The position numbers and the translations under genes were made by a program. From an uncultured archaeon (lineage in GTDB: Archaea; Halobacteriota; Methanosarcinia; Methanosarcinales; Methanoperedenaceae): a stretch of DNA of 24,000 bases. Shown here in pieces: positions 9,340 through 16,266 of this stretch. Every line of letters starts with the position of its first letter. Position 1 is the first letter of the stretch. Location: contig CABMIB010000040.1 in NCBI GenBank assembly GCA_902386135.1, positions 1,916-25,915 on the forward strand. Reading direction: 5' to 3'. A model generated the notes under the pieces. That model did no database searches. It was not told where the DNA came from and saw nothing but the letters and a program-made list of their open reading frames with translations.

Positions 9340-9606
9340 ATGAGTGCGTTAAAACTTCAAAATTTACCTATAGTATCTTTAATGACATTCATTCTGGGAA
9401 TAGTAATAATTATATTTAGTCCCATATGGGGAAGAGAAACAGCATATGCATTTCTAAGATCATATTACGGTGGTTCCATGGGTGAAGATTTTTCAGCTAT
9501 TCTTCAAGGGTCGATAAATTCATACTGTATAATAGGAGCAGTTCTCTTATTTTTTGGTGGTTTAGGTAGCCTGATATCCTTTATTTTTGAACAGCAAAAA
9601 CAATAG
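9340..9606 (+). CDS. Small membrane protein (88 aa, two predicted TM helices)
   Basis: ATG at 9340 preceded by GGAG (ggaacaGGAGtatataattATG). The track's longer version starts at a TTG (9256) in AT-rich sequence. Hydrophobic segments are IVSLMTFILGIVIIIF and CIIGAVLLFFGGLGSLISFIF. Confidence 0.45.
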   Translation: MSALKLQNLPIVSLMTFILGIVIIIFSPIWGRETAYAFLRSYYGGSMGEDFSAILQGSINSYCIIGAVLLFFGGLGSLISFIFEQQKQ

Positions 9607-9629
9607 AATATGAATTTTACAGTACTCTC

Positions 9630-9701
9630 ATAAAAAGGGTAGGTATTAAAACGGCGTTTTCTTACAAGGGTAAAAAAGAAATGCAAGAAAGGTGCGTTTT
9701 T
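9630..9701. repeat. Intergenic module, copy B (ATAAAAAGGGTAGGTATTAAAAC...ends in a T5 run)
   Basis: See copy A. It starts 24 nt after the stop of the 9340-9606 ORF. Confidence 0.7.
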
Positions 9702-9757
9702 ATCGGGTGATAAATGGACGTATTAACCGTTTCAATTAGTGATAGAAATTCTATGTC

Positions 9758-9880
9758 TTAGGTTTTTTCTTGTTTGGGAGTTCTATGGATGTAGTCGTTA
9801 AGTTTAAGCATTAAAAACATGAAAACAATTAAAGCTACCCATGCCTCGATTACTTGCACGAGTGTTATATCTCCAGCCAT
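9758..9880 (-). CDS. Unannotated 40-aa single-TM micro-ORF
   Basis: Hand translation gives MAGDITLVQVIEAWVALIVFMFLMLKLNDYIHRTPKQEKT*. It is preceded by AAGGAGGTGAAAAG-ATG, a near-perfect Shine-Dalgarno. It is below the 60-aa cut-off of the track. Confidence 0.35.
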   Translation of the reverse strand: MAGDITLVQVIEAWVALIVFMFLMLKLNDYIHRTPKQEKT

Positions 9881-10066
9881 CTTTTCACCTCCTTATTTTG
9901 TTACCTCTCCACCGATACATTATGGCTACTTTGATGCGTTTTTAGCAAGCCACTATACTAATTACTTAAACAATAACACTATAAATAGTTTGTGAAATTG
10001 TGCGAAACTCATTGTTTATTGAAATAGATTGAAATAATGTTCAATCAAAATCCTTATCAAATTGCA

Positions 10067-10074
10067 TTTATATA
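10067..10074 (+). promoter_or_regulatory. TATA-box-like TTTATATA upstream of the 10098 ORF (implies a leaderless or near-leaderless mRNA)
   Basis: The TTTATATA centre lies about 27 nt upstream of ATG 10098, the usual archaeal TATA-to-TSS distance. There is no SD between them. Confidence 0.35.
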
Positions 10075-10097
10075 AGAGGAAAATAAACACGACTGCT

Positions 10098-10442
10098 ATG
10101 AATAAGAAAAAGATACTTTTAGGACTGATCGGCGCAATCTTTCTCCTTTCAGGACTGTATTACCGGGTATATGAACCTGCCAGAAGCAACATATCTTACG
10201 AATATCTCGGCATCGGGACATGGTTAGCAGGTCTGACATACTATACGATTTTCCAGAAGTATAAAGAAATAACATCTTTCGTTCTGGGTCTCATAATCCT
10301 GCATGCAGGCGTGATACTCCTCCTGGTAGATAAGCTCAAAGATCCGAAACTTGTCGGAGCCCTTGTCTTTACTGCCGGGGTCGTAATTGTACTGAGTTCC
10401 GGTCTTTCGGATTATATGAAAAGAAGAAAAGCTAAAATTTAA
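10098..10442 (+). CDS. Small integral membrane protein (114 aa, 3-4 TM)
   Basis: MNKKKILLGLIGAIFLLSGLYY..., several hydrophobic helices and a basic C-terminus. The track start at 10062 is a TTG that overlaps the TATA element. Confidence 0.55.
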   Translation: MNKKKILLGLIGAIFLLSGLYYRVYEPARSNISYEYLGIGTWLAGLTYYTIFQKYKEITSFVLGLIILHAGVILLLVDKLKDPKLVGALVFTAGVVIVLSSGLSDYMKRRKAKI

Positions 10443-11849
10443 CTATAGCTTTTTATCGTCTTTCATGGCTTTTAACAGCTCAAGCACCGAATACGCCGCC
10501 CTTGTTACACCCATGCTCCTGTTATCGATATCCGTACCCACAAGATAGAGGTTCTCAACTGGCGGGCGCACGGTCGCAAAAAACCCGTTTATGGTGACAG
10601 CCGCTTTCTCAGGTATCGTTACCTGGTAATGCGTCATCTCTATCATGTTTTCGATACCGGGAACAGCTCTCAGGATAAGCTCGAATGCCCGTTTCTTTTC
10701 ACTTTCTATGTTCTTTTTATCATCGATTATGAATGTGAACCCTATCAATTGCTTACCTGCAGGCGCAAGGTTCGGGTCATGATTGCTGATAGGCATAGCC
10801 CAGTATGCGCCGCCTTTGAACCATATCTCAGAGCCTGTATAACCGAACACTTTTAGTTTTTCGCTCAGGCCAAGCCATATGGTAAGGCTTAAGGTCTGGT
10901 CTATATGGGAAAGATTTTCCTTATAATCGGGGGGCAGATCGATCAAATCCGGAAGAGTTTTTGCAAAACCCGAATATACCACCGTACTGGCTTTGATTAC
11001 ATCTTTATCTGTAGCAACCCCTGTCACCTTCCCGCCCTCGGATATTATCTTTTTTACCCTTGAGCCGGTTCTGATCTGCACCGTTTTTGGCATAGAGTAT
11101 AGAACCGCATTTAAAACGGACTTTAAGCCGCCGCGGGGATAACCCTGCGCGTAGGCGATCTTATTGGTAGCCAGCCTGCTTATGTTCGAGAAGTGGCTTT
11201 TTAACTGGTACCTTGATATCGTATCTGTTATTCTTGATGTATAGGAAGTGCTCTCCTGCGGTCCAGCCTCGAAAACATCTTCCGAGATGCTGTCCCTGAC
11301 AAAGCTTCCCCCGTATAATATGCGGTTTATCGAGGTCTCTTTCATGGATTTGCCGGAGAGGGAATAAGCGACCGCATCCACGAAATCATAGGTATCCGCA
11401 GATAGCCCGCCGGGCAGGTGGTCGTATACAGGCTGGTTGCCTTCAAGCATCCCGAACGTTACCTGCGTAAGGGCTCTTGTCAGGGCCTGCGAAAGCATGA
11501 ACCTGTCCTTCCTTGGCAGGACATCGAAAGTGACGAATTCTTTGATGTTGGAGGGCAGTTTCGTAAGGCCTTTCTCAGTGCGTACATAGTAATCCCCGTG
11601 GTCCAGGAACACGGGTGAATATGTGAAATATTCATCTATCAGCCGCCGGAGCGGTCCTTCCCGCAGGTGGGTTATGGCATGTACGCCGGTATCCACCTGG
11701 AAGCCGTCCACATTGTAGCTGTTGCAATTGCCTCCGACCACGCTGTCTTTTTCAAGGACAAGTACGCTCTTTCCATGCCTGGAAATAGTCAGGGCTGACA
11801 GGAGTCCGCTGATTCCTCCTCCGACGACGATCACATCATAATCCGCCAT
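10443..11849 (-). CDS. NAD(P)/FAD-dependent oxidoreductase, phytoene desaturase (CrtI/COG1233)-like
   Basis: N-terminal dinucleotide fold YDVIVVGGGISGLLSAL...VLEKDSVVGGN. 468 aa, typical of this family. Substrate unknown. Confidence 0.85.
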   Translation of the reverse strand: MADYDVIVVGGGISGLLSALTISRHGKSVLVLEKDSVVGGNCNSYNVDGFQVDTGVHAITHLREGPLRRLIDEYFTYSPVFLDHGDYYVRTEKGLTKLPSNIKEFVTFDVLPRKDRFMLSQALTRALTQVTFGMLEGNQPVYDHLPGGLSADTYDFVDAVAYSLSGKSMKETSINRILYGGSFVRDSISEDVFEAGPQESTSYTSRITDTISRYQLKSHFSNISRLATNKIAYAQGYPRGGLKSVLNAVLYSMPKTVQIRTGSRVKKIISEGGKVTGVATDKDVIKASTVVYSGFAKTLPDLIDLPPDYKENLSHIDQTLSLTIWLGLSEKLKVFGYTGSEIWFKGGAYWAMPISNHDPNLAPAGKQLIGFTFIIDDKKNIESEKKRAFELILRAVPGIENMIEMTHYQVTIPEKAAVTINGFFATVRPPVENLYLVGTDIDNRSMGVTRAAYSVLELLKAMKDDKKL

Positions 11850-11872
11850 AACGCCTCTTACATTGTTCCTTT

Positions 11873-12547
11873 CTAATGGAAAATCCTGCTATAAAGCTCT
11901 TTTCCAGGCTTACGAAATTTCCTCAGTAACCCGCGCAGAATATGGATAACAACAACGGATAACGGGACGACCTGTCCAGATGAGCCTGTCCTGCCTTCCC
12001 TGATGGCGGACAGAATAGCTCTCTCATCAGGCTCTGCCTCTATATCCGTATAAGCAAGACCTATTGTTGCCAGCAGATGGGAATCGCTCCCTCCCACTTC
12101 TGGTTTTCCACGTTCCTGCGCTATCTTTTTTGCTTTCATGTTTTCATCGAATATACACCTGGAATTGAAGGTCTCCACAGCATCGGCATCCCTTGCCCCG
12201 TAGCCGATACCTCCACTTTTAAAAGGATGCGCAGCTATGACCACACCGCCTTTTTGCCTGGCGACGCTGATGGTCTCAAGATACGGGAGGTCGTGCGGGA
12301 TGTTTTCTTTTACCCCGAGCACAAGAAGATGTCCTTCAATTGTTGAGACTTCCACGCCAGGCAGCACGATCAAAGGGAGGTTCAATTCACGGGCGCGCCT
12401 GATGCCAAGCAGGCTCCCCTCGACCGTATTGTGGTCGCATATCGCGATACCATCAAGACCTTTCTTTACAGCCTGCTGCAGGATCTCATCGACCGTGAGG
12501 CTGCTGTCCGATGAATGGTTCGAATGGATGTGCAGGTCAAAACGCAT
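11873..12547 (-). CDS. PHP (polymerase/histidinol phosphatase) domain metal-dependent phosphoesterase
   Basis: MRFDLHIHSNHSSDS...ICDHN...AAHP...GGSDSH, the PHP histidine/aspartate motifs. It ends 23 nt upstream of the start of the oxidoreductase gene, on the same strand. Confidence 0.85.
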   Translation of the reverse strand: MRFDLHIHSNHSSDSSLTVDEILQQAVKKGLDGIAICDHNTVEGSLLGIRRARELNLPLIVLPGVEVSTIEGHLLVLGVKENIPHDLPYLETISVARQKGGVVIAAHPFKSGGIGYGARDADAVETFNSRCIFDENMKAKKIAQERGKPEVGGSDSHLLATIGLAYTDIEAEPDERAILSAIREGRTGSSGQVVPLSVVVIHILRGLLRKFRKPGKELYSRIFH

Positions 12548-12653
12548 ATACTGATATTTTCCAAGATATTAAAAAAGTTAACCTATGGATTTTTCGATCA
12601 AGGCGCAAATATCATAACACATCCTTATATCCTCATGCGCCATAGCACATGGT

Positions 12654-13418
12654 ATGGCAAGCCACAGGATGATGTTAAAGGATGTTATAAAAAAAGCCGA
12701 TATCCTTCTTGAGGTCGTAGACGCCAGGTTTCCCGACGAGACTCGAAACAGCGAGGTGGAACGTGATATAGTGCGTTCAAAGAAGCCATTCATAATAGTC
12801 CTTAACAAATGCGATCTTGTATCAAAGGAAACAATCGAGAAAACCAAATCCCGGCTGTCACAAATCGCACCTACGGTCTTCGTGTCTGTTAAGGACAGGT
12901 TCGGGACAACCATGTTAAGACACAAGATCCTTGAAACCGCCGGGATAAAAGGACGCGACATACTGGTGGGTTCACTTGGCTATCCTAATACTGGCAAATC
13001 ATCGGTGATCAATGGCGTGGCAGGGAAGCACAAAGCCGGCACATCCCCAATATCAGGCCATACAAAAGGAATCCAGCTTGTGAATGCCGGTTCGCGAATA
13101 ATGTTCATAGATACGCCGGGAGTGATACCCTTTGGCGAGAACGACGAGTACATACAGGGCCTTCTTGCAGTGAAGGATGCAACACACCTGCAAGACCCTA
13201 TTGGCGTGGCAATGAAGATCATAGAGAAAATGTGCGCTGAAAACAAGACCGCCCTGGAGTCTTTTTATCATGTTACAATAGGGGAACATGAGCCCTATGA
13301 TGTGCTTCTTCTCATAGGCAGACAGAGCAATTTCCTGAGAAAGAAGGGTGAGGTGGATGAAACAAGGGCGGCTGTCAAGATAATCAATGACTGGCAAAAA
13401 GGGTTACTTATGATTTAG
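12654..13418 (+). CDS. Circularly permuted GTPase (YlqF/RbgA-type, ribosome biogenesis family)
   Basis: The G4 motif LNKCDL precedes G1 GYPNTGKSS and G3 DTPG, which is the permuted order. The N-terminal ILLEVVDARFP motif is typical of YlqF/RbgA. Confidence 0.8.
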   Translation: MASHRMMLKDVIKKADILLEVVDARFPDETRNSEVERDIVRSKKPFIIVLNKCDLVSKETIEKTKSRLSQIAPTVFVSVKDRFGTTMLRHKILETAGIKGRDILVGSLGYPNTGKSSVINGVAGKHKAGTSPISGHTKGIQLVNAGSRIMFIDTPGVIPFGENDEYIQGLLAVKDATHLQDPIGVAMKIIEKMCAENKTALESFYHVTIGEHEPYDVLLLIGRQSNFLRKKGEVDETRAAVKIINDWQKGLLMI

Positions 13419-13647
13419 GCTTATCTGCAACTTTTTGATGGATTTCCTTAACTCTTCCAACCCGACCGTCTACTAATTCAACTTTTATCCCATGTGGATG
13501 AAATGAGGCATTAGTTAAAATTCTCTTTACAATACCTTGAGTTAGTTTCCCGCTCCTTTGATCTTGCTTTAAAACAATGCTTACGCTTAATCCTTCCTTA
13601 ATATTTCCTCTGGTAGTACCTTTATTCACACTAAAATGTAAATTCAT
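13408..13647 (-). CDS. YwbE-family small protein
   Basis: IVLKQDQRSGKLTQGIVKRILTNASFHPHGIKVELVDGRVGRVKEI matches the conserved core of the YwbE family (from memory). It overlaps the convergent GTPase gene by 11 nt. Confidence 0.7.
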   Translation of the reverse strand: MNLHFSVNKGTTRGNIKEGLSVSIVLKQDQRSGKLTQGIVKRILTNASFHPHGIKVELVDGRVGRVKEIHQKVADKPKS

Positions 13648-13763
13648 GATTATATAAACTTATACATTCTTAAAAAATCCAGCTATGGAATTCATACGGT
13701 TTTGGAGAAGGTTGTTATAGACCCCGTATCTTCCATATGAGCCTAAGGATAAGATATACATGT

Positions 13764-14012
13764 TTATTTCAGGTACGGGCTGAGCATGGTATAGCCTTTG
13801 GATATGAATTTATACGATACAAGAGAAAGTAAACAGATAAGCCCGAGGTATATAAATAATGTTTTTTCTGACATGTACTTTAGTATATAAGGAGGGAATA
13901 TCGCTTCTCCTAACATTTTCAGAGCAAATGACAGTGACAAAGTGCCTATTAAAAACACTATGTATCCCACTGTTTTTGGTTTATTGTTAATAACTGTTCT
14001 TATATTTAACAT
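13764..14012 (-). CDS. Hypothetical small membrane protein (82 aa)
   Basis: Two hydrophobic helices (VGYIVFLIGTLSLSFAL; LFIYLGLICLLSLVSY). The ATG at 14012 is preferred over the TTG at 14018. The context is AT-rich. Confidence 0.4.
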   Translation of the reverse strand: MLNIRTVINNKPKTVGYIVFLIGTLSLSFALKMLGEAIFPPYILKYMSEKTLFIYLGLICLLSLVSYKFISKGYTMLSPYLK

Positions 14013-14402
14013 AATCAATTCACCATGTCCTGTGCATTTAAGAAAGATAATTTTTCGTTTCTTTCAAAAATATCTCAATTATCAACCTTCATATCGCTGC
14101 TTCAAATAAACATATTTACCAATCTCAAAGTGCATATTGTATATTCCTTGAAAAGCGTTTTTCTGAGTATGATGGTAATCGGGGGATTGTTATGGATAAG
14201 GTGGTATACTCTGGGAGAAGACTGCCATCATACTCACTACACAAATATATATAATGCTATAGCTTATATTTATGCATTTAAATAATAATTGTAATGGTGA
14301 TTATTATGAAATGACATGCCTGTTAGGGGGGGTTCCTGTCATCAAAAGTTCTCCTGCATTCTTATCGCTTCTCGCAGAGGGTGTAACGAAAATAAACGCT
14401 GT

Positions 14403-14417
14403 TAATAAACAAAAAAT
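14403..14417 (-). terminator. Oligo-T terminator candidate after the Ser-rich gene
   Basis: The minus strand reads GCATTTTTTGTTTATTA, beginning about 16 nt after the stop at 14433. Archaeal termination uses oligo-T tracts. Confidence 0.4.
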
Positions 14418-14432
14418 GCTGCTTGAAAGAAC

Positions 14433-15350
14433 TCACCCAAGGTTGAATCTATCTTTAAGACCGTCCGTCAGGCGGGAGAAAATATCAAAAATTATCTCAT
14501 TACTCTTCATTTCTCCAGGGGCCGGATATTTTTCAGAGCTACCGGACTTATCATCTAAAACCTTAGGTGATGTCAGTACCTTTGATAAAGATGATCGGGC
14601 AGGTGGGGATAATAATACATCAGATGTATTGAGGTTTGCTAATGCTACAGTCGTGACTTTTTCCACATTCCCGGCAACGCTTGCTTCAACGTAGTAAATG
14701 TTCCCGTTTTTCGCATCGGATGATGACGTTTGTACATTGGACGAGGAAGATGTTTGTCCATTGGATGAAGATACCTGTACATTTGACGAAGACGATTGTA
14801 TGCTTGATGATGAGGATGTTTGTCCGTTAGATGAGGATACCTGTACGTTAGACGATGAGGTTGTTTGCCCGTTGGACGAAGATACCTGTACATTAGATGA
14901 TGAGGATATCGCTATATTAGAAGTCGTTTGTCCGTTAGACGATGAGGATATTGCTGTATTAGACGATGATGTTGCCTGTCCATTAGATGAGGATACCTGT
15001 ACGTTAGACGAAGACGATTGTATGTTTGATGATGAGGATGTTTGCCCGTTGGACGAAGATACCTGTACGCCGGGTGATGAAGCTATCGCAATATTATTAG
15101 AAGATGGTGAAGTTACCTGCACAGTAGATGAAGCTGCTTGCACAGTAGATGACGAAGATGTCTGTACATTAGATGATGATATGCGTACATTGGATGATGA
15201 TATTTTTATATTATGTAATGAAGACACGTTAGACGATATAGATGATACTACTGCATCAGGCTGGGCAGATGCGCTAAGCGTTACAATCACGATTAACAAA
15301 AAACAGAGAATAGTTTTTTTAATAATTTTCTTTTTAATTCCAACCACCAC
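14433..15350 (-). CDS. Secreted serine-rich tandem-repeat protein
   Basis: GTG start followed by a signal-peptide-like N-terminus (KKKIIKKTILCFLLIVIVTLSASAQP). About 25 units of SSSN[VGI]Q[VTS] are followed by a 95-aa non-repetitive C-terminal region. The ORF stays open through non-repetitive flanks, unlike its antisense shadow. Confidence 0.6.
   Translation of the reverse strand: MVVGIKKKIIKKTILCFLLIVIVTLSASAQPDAVVSSISSNVSSLHNIKISSSNVRISSSNVQTSSSSTVQAASSTVQVTSPSSNNIAIASSPGVQVSSSNGQTSSSSNIQSSSSNVQVSSSNGQATSSSNTAISSSSNGQTTSNIAISSSSNVQVSSSNGQTTSSSNVQVSSSNGQTSSSSSIQSSSSNVQVSSSNGQTSSSSNVQTSSSDAKNGNIYYVEASVAGNVEKVTTVALANLNTSDVLLSPPARSSLSKVLTSPKVLDDKSGSSEKYPAPGEMKSNEIIFDIFSRLTDGLKDRFNLG
14700..15240. 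repeat. Imperfect tandem repeat, 21-24 nt unit (coding for SSSNxQx)
   Basis: Recurring GATGAGGATGTTTGTCCGTTAGATGAGGATACCTGTACGTTAGAC-type units on the plus strand. Boundaries are approximate. Confidence 0.8.
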
Positions 15351-15540
15351 TTATCTTCTTTATGTATAAACTGTTAGATAGAATACTCTGTTTTATACTT
15401 AAGCATTTATCTAGAATCTACAGGTGATATTTACATATTATGTTGTGACAAAGATATTATCACATTGGCACAATCCTGTATGCATTCAAATACAATGCAA
15501 AAACGGAAGGATAAAATTGTTACCGAATAGAGGTACTGTC

Positions 15541-15676
15541 CTCCCGTTCCGGGCTGCTTTCAACAAGTAAGCAGGCTGGTTCGTAAAAAGCGTGATAGCG
15601 TGATACCTTTCGGGTTCTCCCAAAGGCATCTTATCGAAAGATTAAACTAATACGAACCCATGATATACTACGGGAG
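15541..15676 (+). promoter_or_regulatory. Nested stem-loop leader upstream of the wHTH gene; the outer helix pairs CUCCCG with the SD CGGGAG
   Basis: Complementary pairs read directly: 15541-46/15671-76 (6 bp), 15554-59/15569-74 (6 bp) and 15578-85/15651-58 (8 bp). Also 15606-14/15619-26 (8 bp plus one bulge) and 15628-32/15638-42 (5 bp). Confidence 0.3.
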
Positions 15677-15681
15677 TCGAT

Positions 15682-16059
15682 ATGAAATCTCTTACTATAA
15701 GACAACTTGACGAAAAGAATGAAGAAATTGCAGACGCTCTGATTTCTTTAGGCATAAGCAGAACTGTTGCAAGAGCTCTTGGCTATCTCCAGGGTTCGAA
15801 TGAGGTCACATCGGTAGGACTTGAAAGAGAAGCGGGGTTACGCCAGCCTGAAGTCAGCATTGTTATGAGAGATTTAAAAGAACGCGGCTGGATAAGCGAG
15901 CGGGAAGAGAAGAAGCCGGGGAAAGGAAGACCGTATAAGGTGTACCTGCTTAAGGTCGGCTTTAACGAGATAGTTGCTGAGCTTGAAAAGCAGCAGAGGA
16001 GAGCAGCGGATGAGGCTCGGTTGAGGATTGAACGGTTGAGGAAATCGAAAAAATCTTGA
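15682..16059 (+). CDS. Winged helix-turn-helix transcriptional regulator (ArsR/TrmB-like) with a basic coiled C-terminus
   Basis: IADALISLGISRTVARALGYL...EVSIVMRDLKERGWISEREEKKPGKGRPYKVY is a wHTH with a beta-wing. GGGAG lies 5 nt upstream of the ATG. Confidence 0.75.
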   Translation: MKSLTIRQLDEKNEEIADALISLGISRTVARALGYLQGSNEVTSVGLEREAGLRQPEVSIVMRDLKERGWISEREEKKPGKGRPYKVYLLKVGFNEIVAELEKQQRRAADEARLRIERLRKSKKS

Positions 16060-16134
16060 ACTCTCTAAATAATGATAACTAAAACCTGAAGGTATATGGG
16101 GGTGGCTTATATCTTCTATATCCTTTATCCTTTA

Positions 16135-16266
16135 CTATGCATTGCATTTCAAATAGTGATACACAGCCTTTGAGATGGCATCTTTAATGGAGGACTCATG
16201 AGCTTTTTCTTTCAATGCGATTACATCTTCTTGCGGAAGCACTGATTGGACATGTACAATTTTCAT
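16135..16266 (-). CDS. Unannotated 43-aa ribbon-helix-helix (CopG/MetJ-like) micro-ORF
   Basis: Hand translation gives MKIVHVQSVLPQEDVIALKEKAHESSIKDAISKAVYHYLKCNA*, a beta strand plus two helices as in RHH proteins. GAGGG lies 9 nt upstream. Confidence 0.4.
   Translation of the reverse strand: MKIVHVQSVLPQEDVIALKEKAHESSIKDAISKAVYHYLKCNA

Noticed and set aside
14025-14694. Two plus-strand ORFs (86 and 140 aa) in the spacer after the Ser-rich gene
   Set aside because: The composition is AT-rich and there are no start signals. The second ORF is largely antisense to the Ser-rich gene's C-terminal region. I treat the region as non-coding.
14700-15240. Tandem repeat considered as a CRISPR array
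   Set aside because: The period is only 21-24 nt with no unique spacers, the units are degenerate, and the array lies inside a coding frame.
14698-15369. 223-aa plus-strand ORF encoding an acidic Cys-rich repeat (CPLDEDTCTLDDED...) opposite the Ser-rich gene
   Set aside because: It is a shadow frame of the tandem repeat. It opens exactly where the repeat starts and closes just after it, and it has no signal or SD. The minus-strand frame has a signal-peptide-like N-terminus and stays open through about 270 nt of unique sequence.
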